From Spirochaetia bacterium (GTDB lineage Bacteria; Spirochaetota; Spirochaetia; CAKZLE01): DNA of 64,000 nt. The DNA lies in NCBI GenBank assembly GCA_963677595.1, contig OY782041.1, positions 2,080,001 through 2,144,000 of the forward strand, written 5' to 3'. This document shows, in pieces, positions 48,940 through 58,434 of the stretch. The notes under the pieces are model-generated. The model searched no databases, had not been told where the DNA came from, and was given only the letters and a program-made list of their open reading frames with translations. A program made the position numbers and the translations under genes. Position 1 is the first letter of the stretch; each line of letters opens with the position of its first letter.

Positions 48940-48968
48940 TTGACTATTGAGGGATTCGGGTTTACCAT
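48940..48968 (+). promoter_or_regulatory. sigma70-type promoter of second gdh
   Basis: TTGACT, 17 bp, TACCAT, downstream of an A-tract-rich region. Confidence 0.6.
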
Positions 48969-49030
48969 TGCCATATATTTCTGAAATGATTATTGCCTGA
49001 AGGTGATGATCTCCTATTCGGAGGGTGTAT

Positions 49031-50368
49031 ATGTACCATTTTGATTCTTTCATGGCTGAGTTGGAGAAGAAGAACCCCGCACAGCCAGAGTTCATCCAGG
49101 CAGCCAGCGAGGTCATCGAGTCGATCATCGACGTCGTCAATGACAATCCCGCATACCTGAACGCCAAGATCCTCGAGCGGATCACCGAACCCGACCGGGT
49201 CCTTACCTTCAAGGTGGAGTGGGAGGATGACAACGGCGATGTCCAGGTCAACCGGGGGTACCGGATCCAGTTCAACAATGCGATCGGTCCCTATAAGGGC
49301 GGGCTGCGGTTCCACCCGAGCGTCACGCTCGGTACACTGAAGTTCCTCGGGTTCGAGCAGACTTTCAAGAACAGCCTTACCACCCTCCCGATGGGGGGAG
49401 CGAAGGGCGGGTCCGACTTCAACCCGAAGGGGAAGTCCGACAACGAGATCATGCGGTTCTGCCGCTCCTTCATGACCGAGCTCTACCGCTATATAGGGCC
49501 GAGCACCGATGTCCCCGCCGGCGATATCGGGGTTGGGGCACGGGAGATCGGGTACCTCTACGGCCAGTACAAGCGCCTGATGATAGAGAACACCGGGGTC
49601 CTGACCGGCAAGGGCCAGAACTGGGGCGGGTCGCTCATCAGGCCGGAAGCGACCGGCTACGGTTCGATGTACTTCGCCAATGAGATGACCACTGCCATGG
49701 GTGAGACCATGGCCGGGAAGCGGGTCGCCGTATCCGGCTTCGGCAACGTCGCCTGGGGGGCGGTCATGAAGGCTACCGAACTCGGGGCGAAGGTCGTGAC
49801 GATCTCCGGCCCGGACGGGTACATCCTCGATGAGGAGGGGATCAGCACCCCGGAGAAGTGGGACTACATGCTTGAGCTCAGGGCATCGAACAACGATGTC
49901 GTCGAGCCCTATGCGAAACGGTTCGGGGCGAAGTTCTTCAAGGGCCGCCGCCCCTGGGAGGTCCCCGTCGACATGGCATTCCCCTGTGCCATCCAGAACG
50001 AGCTCGATCTCGAGGATGCGAAGAGGCTTGCCGCCAACGGCGTGAAGTATGTGGTCGAGACCTCCAACATGGGGTGCACGACCCCTGCGGTACAGTACTT
50101 CCAGAAGGAAGGGATCTCCTTCGCGCCGGGAAAGGCCGCCAACGCAGGAGGCGTCGCCGTATCGGGACTCGAGATGTCCCAGAACTCGATGAAGCTCAGG
50201 TGGTCGATCGAAGAGGTCGACACCAGGCTCCACGAGATCATGAGGAACATCCACGCCGCCTGTATCCAGGAGGGGACGCTCCCCGACGGCTATGTCGATT
50301 ACGTGAAGGGTGCGAATATAGCGGGCTTCAAGAAGGTCGCTGATACGATGCTTCAACTGGGGTACTGA
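49031..50368 (+). CDS. gdhA: Glutamate dehydrogenase, second paralog
   Basis: GPYKGGLR, GGAKGGSDF, RPEATGYG, GFGNVAW, NAGGVAVSGLEM. Confidence 0.93.
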   Translation: MYHFDSFMAELEKKNPAQPEFIQAASEVIESIIDVVNDNPAYLNAKILERITEPDRVLTFKVEWEDDNGDVQVNRGYRIQFNNAIGPYKGGLRFHPSVTLGTLKFLGFEQTFKNSLTTLPMGGAKGGSDFNPKGKSDNEIMRFCRSFMTELYRYIGPSTDVPAGDIGVGAREIGYLYGQYKRLMIENTGVLTGKGQNWGGSLIRPEATGYGSMYFANEMTTAMGETMAGKRVAVSGFGNVAWGAVMKATELGAKVVTISGPDGYILDEEGISTPEKWDYMLELRASNNDVVEPYAKRFGAKFFKGRRPWEVPVDMAFPCAIQNELDLEDAKRLAANGVKYVVETSNMGCTTPAVQYFQKEGISFAPGKAANAGGVAVSGLEMSQNSMKLRWSIEEVDTRLHEIMRNIHAACIQEGTLPDGYVDYVKGANIAGFKKVADTMLQLGY

Positions 50369-50402
50369 CCAGTATCTCCTACATGAACTTTTTGTTTTTC
50401 TT

Positions 50403-50425
50403 GGAGGGTCCCGTTGGGGCCCTCC
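50403..50425. terminator. Hairpin after gdh
   Basis: GGAGGGTCCC-GTT-GGGGCCCTCC. Confidence 0.5.
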
Positions 50426-50484
50426 ACCTTTAGCAGGAGGCTTGCAGGGCAAGCTAAATCCCTATATAAACCATCAGGCACGTG

Positions 50485-50542
50485 CCGCTAAATGTAGTGT
50501 TATTATTTCGATAAAATAGGAAATAGGTACTATTCATAGTTT
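50485..50542. promoter_or_regulatory. Two NrdR boxes
   Basis: CCGCTAAATGTAGTGT (50485) and GTACTATTCATAGTTT (50527) resemble acaCwAtATaTwGtgt; 42 bp apart, upstream of nrdJ. Confidence 0.75.
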
Positions 50543-50611
50543 GGGTTATGCGGTATGCTGTAGGGCACCGGGTCGGGGTCTCCCCCGCTTCCCGGAAGCC
50601 TGGAGGAACGC

Positions 50612-53104
50612 ATGACACAGAGAACGAATGAACTGAAACCGTTGGGAAGGAAGATCTTCTTTGACCGATACGCTTTGAAGGATGCAAGGAAGGATACCCT
50701 CGGTGCAGGTGACCTCGTAGTGGCAGTCTGCAACACCTCGACCGGACAGCGGGAGATCGGTACCATCGATGCCCTGCTCGAGGACGGGATGGTCTCTGTG
50801 AGGCTCGAGGACGGCACCGATATCGTGGTGAGTTCGGAACATGTGGACAAACCGCTCGAGACGACCCCGGACCAGATGCTCCAGCGTACAGCCAAGGCGC
50901 TCTCCCTGCGTGAGAAGCAGGACCAGGCAGGTTGGGAGGAGAAGTTCAACTGGCTCCTCGATGAATGGAAGTTCGTCCCCGGCGGCAGGATCCTCAGCGG
51001 GGCAGGGACTGACCAGAAACTGACCTACTATAACTGTTATGTCGTACCTTCCCCGAAGGACAGCCGGGGCGGGATCATGGAGACACTCTCGAACATGACG
51101 GAGATCATGTCACGAGGGGGCGGTGTCGGGATGAATCTCTCGACCCTTCGGCCCCGCCATGCCTATGTGAAGGGCGTGAATGGCAGGTCGAGCGGTTCCG
51201 TCTCCTGGGGCGGGCTCTTCAGCTTCGTCACCGGACTGATCGAGCAGGGCGGCAGCCGACGGGGTGCCCTCATGCTCATCCTCAACGTCTGGCACCCGGA
51301 CATCCTTGACTTCATCAAGAGCAAGCGGGAGATGGGGAAGATCGAGAACGCGAACATCAGCGTCGGCATCACCGATGAGTTCATGAATGCCGTGAAGCAG
51401 GACCTCGACTGGACCTTCTACTTCCCCGATACCCTCGACCCGGAGTATGACAGCCTCTGGGATGGGAACCTCGAGGCCTGGAAGGCTGCCGGCAAGGAGG
51501 TCTATGCCTATAAGACCGTCAAGGCACGGGAAGTCTGGAACGAGATCATCGAGAGTGCCTGGGCTTCTGCAGAACCCGGCGTCTTCTTCATCGATCGATA
51601 CAACCATATGAGCAACTCGTGGTACTATACCACGATCGCGAGCACCAACCCCTGCGGTGAGCAGGGACTCCCCCCCTGGGGAGTCTGCAACCTCGGGTCC
51701 ATCAACCTCTCCCGCTTCGTCGAGGAGGGGAAGGTACTCTGGGACGATCTCGGCAGGGCTACCGCCTATGCCGTGCGGTTCCTTGACAACGTCATAGACG
51801 ACACCCCCTACTTCTTCGAGGAGAACCGGGCACAGCAGACCTCAGAGCGGAGGATCGGGCTCGGGACCATGGGGCTTGCTGAGATGCTCATCGGGCTGAA
51901 GATCGCCTACGGGAGTGAGGAGTCCATCACCTTCATCGATGAGCTCTACCGCTTCATCTGCATCGAGTCCTATAAAGCCAGTGCGGCGATCGCAGAGGAG
52001 AAGGGCTCCTTCCCGCTCTTCGATGCGGACAAGTTCCTCGAGAGCGGCTTCATGAAGCAGATGCCTGAGGACCTCAGGTCCATCATCGCCGAGAATGGGA
52101 TCAGGAACGTGACCCTCCTCACCCAGGCCCCGACAGGATCGACGGGGACCATGGTCGGGACGAGTACCGGGATCGAACCCTACTTCTTCTGGGAGTGGGA
52201 ACGGGTCGGCAGGATGGGCTCCCATACCGAGCGGGTCGACGTCTATGCACAGTGGAAGGATGCCAATCCCGACGCGGAACTGCCTTCGTATTTCGTCACG
52301 GCAATGGACCTTGCTCCCGAGGCCCATGTACGGGTCCAGGGTGCGATCCAGAAGTGGGTCGACTCGAGTATCTCGAAGACCTGCAATGCCCCGAACGAGT
52401 ATACCGTGGACCAGGCCAAGGAGCTCTACGAGCAGATGTATGACCTCGGCTGCAAGGGCGGCACCCTCTACCGTGACGGTTCCCGTGATACTCAGGTCCT
52501 CAACCTGAAGGAAGAGGAGGCGCAAGAGGAGGCGGCACCGGTCGTCGAGATCAAGCCGCGTGTGCGCCCGACCATCCTGCGGGGGACCACCTACCGGAAG
52601 GCTACCCCGATCGGGACTGCCTACATCACGATCAACTCTGACGGGAACCATTTCGAGGATCCCTTCGAGATCTTCGTCAACGTGGCCAAGGTCGGCTCCG
52701 ATGTCGCTGCTGATGCCGAGGGTATCGGGAGGCTGATCAGCCTCATCCTGAGGATGGCTTCCCCCCTCACACCGAAACAGCGGGCTGAGGCAGTCATCGC
52801 CCAGCTGAGGAGCATCGGTTCCGGGAGGCAGACCGGGTTCGGCAAGAACCGGATCATGAGCCTGCCGGACGCGATCGCCAAGGCTATCGAGGAGCATATC
52901 GGATCATCGGAGGAGGCACACCTCTATCCGGCCCTTCCCGACGAGGAGGATGAGGTCAAGAACATGCAGATGGACCTCTCCTTCTCCGAGAAGAAACCAG
53001 CTGCCGCCTCCCAGGCTGATATATGCCCGGTCTGCGGGAATGCCACCTTCCTGAACATCGAGGGATGCAAGAAGTGTTTCTCCTGCGGTCACAGCGAATG
53101 CTGA
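50612..53104 (+). CDS. nrdJ: Class II (adenosylcobalamin-dependent) ribonucleotide reductase with TSCPD and Zn-ribbon tail
   Basis: PGGRIL, NCYV, TNPCGEQ, CNLGS, APTGS, SISKT, CKG.T.YRDGSR; C-terminal CPVC..C..C. Confidence 0.93.
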   Translation: MTQRTNELKPLGRKIFFDRYALKDARKDTLGAGDLVVAVCNTSTGQREIGTIDALLEDGMVSVRLEDGTDIVVSSEHVDKPLETTPDQMLQRTAKALSLREKQDQAGWEEKFNWLLDEWKFVPGGRILSGAGTDQKLTYYNCYVVPSPKDSRGGIMETLSNMTEIMSRGGGVGMNLSTLRPRHAYVKGVNGRSSGSVSWGGLFSFVTGLIEQGGSRRGALMLILNVWHPDILDFIKSKREMGKIENANISVGITDEFMNAVKQDLDWTFYFPDTLDPEYDSLWDGNLEAWKAAGKEVYAYKTVKAREVWNEIIESAWASAEPGVFFIDRYNHMSNSWYYTTIASTNPCGEQGLPPWGVCNLGSINLSRFVEEGKVLWDDLGRATAYAVRFLDNVIDDTPYFFEENRAQQTSERRIGLGTMGLAEMLIGLKIAYGSEESITFIDELYRFICIESYKASAAIAEEKGSFPLFDADKFLESGFMKQMPEDLRSIIAENGIRNVTLLTQAPTGSTGTMVGTSTGIEPYFFWEWERVGRMGSHTERVDVYAQWKDANPDAELPSYFVTAMDLAPEAHVRVQGAIQKWVDSSISKTCNAPNEYTVDQAKELYEQMYDLGCKGGTLYRDGSRDTQVLNLKEEEAQEEAAPVVEIKPRVRPTILRGTTYRKATPIGTAYITINSDGNHFEDPFEIFVNVAKVGSDVAADAEGIGRLISLILRMASPLTPKQRAEAVIAQLRSIGSGRQTGFGKNRIMSLPDAIAKAIEEHIGSSEEAHLYPALPDEEDEVKNMQMDLSFSEKKPAAASQADICPVCGNATFLNIEGCKKCFSCGHSEC

Positions 53105-53116
53105 TCGTCCTTGTTG

Positions 53117-53139
53117 AGGGATCTAGGGGATAGATCCCT
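53117..53139 (+). terminator. Hairpin after nrdJ
   Basis: AGGGATCTA-GGGGA-TAGATCCCT. Confidence 0.55.
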
Positions 53140-53220
53140 TCTATACAGAAGAAGTCCCTGAGAGGATGATGCCTGTCAGGGTCTTCCACGGCTCATATCA
53201 TGAATCCCTGATTCTGTGAG

Positions 53221-54471
53221 GTGAGCTCGGGGGTACACCCAGTGAATTCATTGTTCAAGACCTATACAGGATTGGATCGCAGTATCTATGTCCTCTTCAT
53301 CGCACGTATCGTCAACCGGATGGGTGACTTCGTCAACCTCTTCCTCGTCCTCTACCTGACTACCAGGATGGGGTTCTCGGAAGGGGCTGCCGGACGATTC
53401 CTCATGGTAGCCGGGGTCATGAACGGGGTGGGGGTCTTGCTCGGCGGGACGCTCTCAGACCACTTCAACCGGAAGTTCGTCCTCGTCTCCTGCCAACTGC
53501 TCTTCGCCGCCTTCTATATCGCGTGCGGGTTCTATACCACCTCCATGGTCGCTCCCTGGCTGATCCTGGTCTCCTCGATCTTCCGTGGGGCCACCTGGCC
53601 TGCCACCAATGCGATGGTCATCGACCTGACCGAGGGTGACAAGCGTGCCAAAGCCTTCTCCCTGCTCTACCTCGGTACCAACATCGGGGTGGCAGTAGGG
53701 CCGCTGATCGCAGGCTTCCTCTTCAACTCCTACCTGGACTGGCTCTTCTGGGGTGATGCCCTCACGACGGTCTTCGCGGCAGCTGCGGTCATCATCTTCG
53801 TCCCCGACACCAAGCCCACGAACGAGACCATCAAGGAGTTCTCGACCGGCAGGACCGATGGGGAGCGTGCGGAGAAGGGTTCGGCCATCAGCGCATTCCT
53901 GAGGAGACCGGTCCTGCTGGCCTACCTCGGGCTGGGGCTGCTCTCGAGCTTCATGTATGCGCAGATGCACTTCACCATCCCGCTCCACCTCAATGAGCTC
54001 TTCAGCACTGACGGCCCGCGGCAATTCGGGTACATCATGACCTTCAATGCCGTGGTGGTCCTCATCTTCACCGCCCTGGTCACCTACCTGACGGGGAAGA
54101 ACCGGCCGATCGCCAATATAGCGGGATCGTCCCTGCTCTTCACGATCGGGTTCGGGATGCTGCTCGGCGTCTCGGCGATGCCGTTCTTCTTCGTCTCGAC
54201 CTTCATCTGGACGATCGGCGAGGTCCTCATGGTCACCAACTCCAACGTCTTCGTCTCGAAGCATACCCCGATCACGCACCGGGGACGGTTCAACAGCTTC
54301 ATCAACCTCGTCCAGGGGGCGGGGGCTGCTACCTGCCCGTGGATCTCGGGCACCATTCTCGAGCATACCGGCTTCTCCTTCCTCTGGAGCGTCGTCGGCG
54401 GGGTAGGGGTCGTCGCGACGATCCTCTACATCGTAATGTGGCAGGTGCTCAAGAGGAAGGAGACTGCCTGA
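53221..54471 (+). CDS. MFS transporter
   Basis: About 12 TM; motif A GGTLSDHFNRK. Confidence 0.9.
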   Translation: MSSGVHPVNSLFKTYTGLDRSIYVLFIARIVNRMGDFVNLFLVLYLTTRMGFSEGAAGRFLMVAGVMNGVGVLLGGTLSDHFNRKFVLVSCQLLFAAFYIACGFYTTSMVAPWLILVSSIFRGATWPATNAMVIDLTEGDKRAKAFSLLYLGTNIGVAVGPLIAGFLFNSYLDWLFWGDALTTVFAAAAVIIFVPDTKPTNETIKEFSTGRTDGERAEKGSAISAFLRRPVLLAYLGLGLLSSFMYAQMHFTIPLHLNELFSTDGPRQFGYIMTFNAVVVLIFTALVTYLTGKNRPIANIAGSSLLFTIGFGMLLGVSAMPFFFVSTFIWTIGEVLMVTNSNVFVSKHTPITHRGRFNSFINLVQGAGAATCPWISGTILEHTGFSFLWSVVGGVGVVATILYIVMWQVLKRKETA

Positions 54472-54587
54472 TACGCAGGCCTGATTCCCAACTGATACGC
54501 GAGAAGAGAAATAACACCCTCTCTTCTGCTGTGATATATGGTATGATAGAATACTAGGTAAACCGATACCACATAACTTGGGGGGGC

Positions 54588-55517
54588 ATGGTGAAGATAC
54601 AGAAACAACAGATGATGCGCAGTGTGCTCATCGGACTGCTTCCGATGGCTGCTGCGGCGATCTACCTCTTCGGCTGGCGGTTCCTTGCGGTCCTGGCAGT
54701 CGTCCTGGCTGCAGGAACGCTCAGTGAGCTGCTCATGGCCAAACGCTACGGCCTGAAGGTCACGGAGTCGCTCTTCGTGACGGCGATGCTCTTCTCGCTG
54801 TCGCTGCCCCCGGGGATCCCGCTCTGGATGGCAGCCCTCGGCATGGCCTTCGGGATCGTCTTCGGGAAGATGGTCTTCGGCGGGTTCGGCAGGAACGTGT
54901 TCAACCCTGCGATCACGGCACGGGCGTTCGTCTATGTGAGCTTCGGCGTCCCCATGACTGCCCAGTTCCTTGCCCCGGTCTACCGGTTCCCCGGCGGGCT
55001 CGCCCACTGGATCACGCCCGCCGACGCGGTATCGAGCGCGACGCCGTTGGTCACGAAGGCTGCCGGCCTCGGTGAGCTGCTCTTCGGGAGTGTCCCGGGC
55101 TGCTTCGGCGAGACCTCCGCGATCCTGGTCCTCATAGGAGGCGGGTACATCATCTACAAGAAAGCTGCGAACTGGAGGCTGACCGTATCGGCGATCGCCG
55201 CATTCGTCATCGTCCAGGGGATCTTCTGGCTTGCCGGGGTCAAGGAGAGCGTGGACCCGCTCTATGGCCTGTTTGCCGGCAGCTTCCTCCTTGCGGCATT
55301 CTTCATGATCACCGACCCGGTATCATCATCACAGACGACGAACCTCGGGCGCTGGATCTACGGAGCGCTCTTCGGGGCCTTGACCGTCCTCATACGTATC
55401 TTCGCGAGCTGGCCTGAAGGGGTGACCTTCGCCATCCTGCTCGCGAACATGTTCGCGCCGCTGATCGACTACCTGATCAAGGAACAGCAGAAGCGGAAGA
55501 AGGAGGTGCGCTCATGA
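54588..55517 (+). CDS. nqrB: NqrB/RnfD-like membrane subunit
   Basis: GKMVFGGFGRNVFNPA; FMN site DAVSSATP; GETS; TDPVSS. Confidence 0.8.
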   Translation: MVKIQKQQMMRSVLIGLLPMAAAAIYLFGWRFLAVLAVVLAAGTLSELLMAKRYGLKVTESLFVTAMLFSLSLPPGIPLWMAALGMAFGIVFGKMVFGGFGRNVFNPAITARAFVYVSFGVPMTAQFLAPVYRFPGGLAHWITPADAVSSATPLVTKAAGLGELLFGSVPGCFGETSAILVLIGGGYIIYKKAANWRLTVSAIAAFVIVQGIFWLAGVKESVDPLYGLFAGSFLLAAFFMITDPVSSSQTTNLGRWIYGALFGALTVLIRIFASWPEGVTFAILLANMFAPLIDYLIKEQQKRKKEVRS

Positions 55518-56107
55518 AGAAGGAGAGTTTCTACTCACAGCGGGTCTATCCGCTGGTCTTCATGCTGATCGTAACGATCGGCTGCATCTCGATCGTCACC
55601 GGGCTGCACCTCTCTACGAAGGGGCGGGTGGATGCCAATGACAACCTCTTCCTGCGCACGACGGTGCTGGAGGCGGCGGATGTCGCGATCCCGGAAGACT
55701 TCATGGAGGTGAATGCCCTCTATGAACGGATCGTGGAAGAGACCGGGGACTTCTACCGGGTGAACCGCCCGGATGGGAGTGTCTCCTACGTCGTCCCCGC
55801 AGAGGGACCGGGGCTGTGGGGCATCATCAAGCTCATGGTCGGGTTCACCGAGAGCCTTGACGAGCTCACCGGGATCGGCATCTTCTCACAGAACGAGACC
55901 CCGGGACTCGGGGCGAGGATCGAAGAGGAGTGGTATCGTACCCAGTTCACCGGGAAGAAGGGTCCGTTCACCCTCGTGGATGAGGGGACGGGAGATAGCC
56001 CGAACGAGATCGACGCGATAACCGGTGCGACGAGGACTTCACGGGGGATGCTCAGCATCCTCAACAAGGCCTATACCGACGGTCCTGCTCTGGTAAAGGG
56101 GGAATAG
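55514..56107 (+). CDS. nqrC: NqrC/RnfG-like FMN-binding subunit
   Basis: GPGLWG, ETPGLG, FMN site DAITGAT. Confidence 0.82.
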   Translation: MKKESFYSQRVYPLVFMLIVTIGCISIVTGLHLSTKGRVDANDNLFLRTTVLEAADVAIPEDFMEVNALYERIVEETGDFYRVNRPDGSVSYVVPAEGPGLWGIIKLMVGFTESLDELTGIGIFSQNETPGLGARIEEEWYRTQFTGKKGPFTLVDEGTGDSPNEIDAITGATRTSRGMLSILNKAYTDGPALVKGE

Positions 56108-56719
56108 ATGGCAGCGAACAACCTGAAGAAGACATTCCTGACCCCGTTGGGGAAGGACAACCCCGTATTCGTGCAGGTGCTGGGGATCTGCTCCACACTG
56201 GCAGTCACCAACAAGCTGGAGAACACCGTGGTCATGACGATGGGCGTCATGTTCACGACGATGCTCTCGAGCTTCACCCTCTCGCTGATACGGAAGATGA
56301 TCCCATCAAGGATCAGGATGATGGTGGAGACGATGATCATCGCGACCTTCGTCATCATCGTCGATATCGTGCTGAAGGCCTTCATGCCCGATATCTGGAA
56401 GCAGCTCGGGCCCTATGTCGGGCTGATCATCACCAACTGCATCATCATGGGGCGTGCCGAGGCGTTCGCGCTGAACAACAAGCCGTGGCCCTCCCTCATA
56501 GACGGGCTGGCCTCCGGGATGGGCTATGCCTATGTCCTCCTGATCATAGCCTTCTTCCGTGAACTGCTCGGCACTGGTTCTATCTGGGGCTTCAGGATCC
56601 TGGGCGACTGGTGGGTCAACTGGACGATCATGATCATGGCGCCCGGGGCGTTCTTCATGCTGGCGATCTTCATCTGGGTCGTACGTGAAGGGATCATGAA
56701 AGAGAAGAAGGGGGCATGA
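56108..56719 (+). CDS. nqrD: NqrD/RnfE-like subunit
   Basis: QVLGICSTLAVT, VGLIITNCIIMGRAEAFA. Confidence 0.88.
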   Translation: MAANNLKKTFLTPLGKDNPVFVQVLGICSTLAVTNKLENTVVMTMGVMFTTMLSSFTLSLIRKMIPSRIRMMVETMIIATFVIIVDIVLKAFMPDIWKQLGPYVGLIITNCIIMGRAEAFALNNKPWPSLIDGLASGMGYAYVLLIIAFFRELLGTGSIWGFRILGDWWVNWTIMIMAPGAFFMLAIFIWVVREGIMKEKKGA

Positions 56720-56720
56720 C

Positions 56721-57314
56721 ATGAACAGCAGCATCTATCCAATCGCAGTGTTCTTCGCTGCCATATTCACCAACAACATCCTGCTCACCAACTACCTCGG
56801 GATGTGTTCCTTCCTCTCGGTATCACGGGAGCTGAAGACCTCGGTCGGTCTCGGGATCGCAGTGACCTTCGTCATGGCCTCGACGACCGTCCTGAACTGG
56901 TTCGTCTACAACTACATCCTCCTGCCGTTCGACCTGACCTACCTCAGGTACATCGTGTTCATCATCGTCATCGCCGCCTTCGTGCAGCTCGTCGAGATGA
57001 TCATCGAGCGGACGAGCGAGGGACTGTATGCGGCACTGGGCATCTTCCTGCCGCTGATCACGGTCAACTGCGCGATCCTCGGGGTCAGCCTCTTCATGGT
57101 GATCCGGGAGTACACGCTCCTGACCTCCTTCTTCTTCGGCCTCGGGAGCGGCCTCGGCTGGTTCCTCGCAATCCTGGCGATGGCCGGGATCCGGCAGAAG
57201 CTCGCCCGGGCGAAGGTACCGGAGGGTCTCGAAGGGGCAGGGATCACCCTGGTCATAGCAGGGATCATGGCATTGGCATTCACGGGTTTCTCCGGAATGA
57301 TCACGATCTCATAG
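56721..57314 (+). CDS. nqrE: NqrE/RnfA-like subunit
   Basis: LGMCSFL, LPLITVNCAILG. Confidence 0.88.
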   Translation: MNSSIYPIAVFFAAIFTNNILLTNYLGMCSFLSVSRELKTSVGLGIAVTFVMASTTVLNWFVYNYILLPFDLTYLRYIVFIIVIAAFVQLVEMIIERTSEGLYAALGIFLPLITVNCAILGVSLFMVIREYTLLTSFFFGLGSGLGWFLAILAMAGIRQKLARAKVPEGLEGAGITLVIAGIMALAFTGFSGMITIS

Positions 57315-57324
57315 GAGGGATGGT

Positions 57325-58428
57325 ATGGTAACTACGTTTCTAGTCAGCCTTGGCATCATGTCAGCCATCTCCCTGGTGCTGGCACTGCTCATGGTGATAG
57401 CCGATGCCACGATCGGCAACTACGGGGAAGTGAAGATCACGATCAACGAAGATAAGGAGCTTACCGTCAAGGGCGGACAGCCCCTGCTGAAGGCGCTCAA
57501 CGGGGAGGGGGTCTTCATCCCCTCGGCCTGCGGGGGTCGCGGTTCCTGCGGGTTGTGCAAGGTCAAGGTGACCTCCGGTGGCGGGCAGTACCTGCCGACC
57601 GAGCTCCCCTGGATCTCTGACGAGGAGAAGGCTGACAACGTCAGGCTCTCCTGCCAGTTCAAGGTGAAGAACGACATCAGCATCCGGATCCCGGAAGAGC
57701 TCTTCAAGGTGAAGCAGTTCACCGCGAAGGTCGAGAGCCTGCGGGACCTCACCCATGATATCAAGGAGGTCCGGCTCGCCCTGGTCGATCCTCCTGCGAT
57801 CGAGATGACTGCCGGGCAGTTCATCCAGTTCCAGGTGCCCGAGTATGAACTGACCGACGAGGTCGTCTACCGGGCCTACTCCATGGCCTCTGTCCCGAGT
57901 GACACGAAGCATATCGAGCTGGAGATCCGGCTGGTCCCTGGCGGGATCTGCACCACCTATGTCCACAAGTTCCTCAAGGAGGGCGACACCGTCGAGCTCA
58001 ACGGCCCCTACGGGGAGTTCTACCTCCGTGATACCGAACGGCCGATCATCTGTATAGCCGGAGGTTCAGGGATGGCACCGCTCAAGTCCATCCTGCTCGA
58101 CCTCGCCGAGAAGGGGAGCCAGCGGAAGGCCCAGTACTTCTTCGGTGCCCGTTCGGTACGGGACCTCTTCCTCGTCGAGGAGATGAGGGAGCTCGAGAAG
58201 CGGCTTCCCGGCTTCAGCTTCATCCCTGCCCTGAGTGAACCGGCAGCCGAGGACAACTGGGAAGGGGAGACGGGGCTCATCACCGACGTGGTCGCCAGGG
58301 TTGCTGCCGGTCAGTCTGATGCCGAGGCCTATCTCTGCGGTTCGCCTGGCATGATCGATGCCTGCGTCAAGGTGCTGACCGCTATCGGGATCCCGGAAGA
58401 GAGGATCTATTATGACAAGTTCGCGTAA
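57325..58428 (+). CDS. nqrF: NqrF-like 2Fe-2S/FAD/NADH subunit
   Basis: N-terminal TM; SACGGRGSCGLC..RLSCQ, RAYS, GGSGMAP, YLCGSP, YDKF. Confidence 0.88.
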   Translation: MVTTFLVSLGIMSAISLVLALLMVIADATIGNYGEVKITINEDKELTVKGGQPLLKALNGEGVFIPSACGGRGSCGLCKVKVTSGGGQYLPTELPWISDEEKADNVRLSCQFKVKNDISIRIPEELFKVKQFTAKVESLRDLTHDIKEVRLALVDPPAIEMTAGQFIQFQVPEYELTDEVVYRAYSMASVPSDTKHIELEIRLVPGGICTTYVHKFLKEGDTVELNGPYGEFYLRDTERPIICIAGGSGMAPLKSILLDLAEKGSQRKAQYFFGARSVRDLFLVEEMRELEKRLPGFSFIPALSEPAAEDNWEGETGLITDVVARVAAGQSDAEAYLCGSPGMIDACVKVLTAIGIPEERIYYDKFA

Positions 58429-58434
58429 GGAGGG

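Noticed and set aside
48727-49278. N-terminal extension of the 1162-aa ORF
   Set aside because: Runs through the AT-rich intergenic region and antisense into gdh; recognisable protein begins near 48726.
48962-50452. 496-aa ORF antisense to gdh
   Set aside because: In-register antisense frame of gdh; such mirror ORFs arise from codon bias.
50545-50611. GC-rich leader before nrdJ considered as a cobalamin riboswitch
   Set aside because: Too short and no B12-box seen; NrdR boxes explain regulation.
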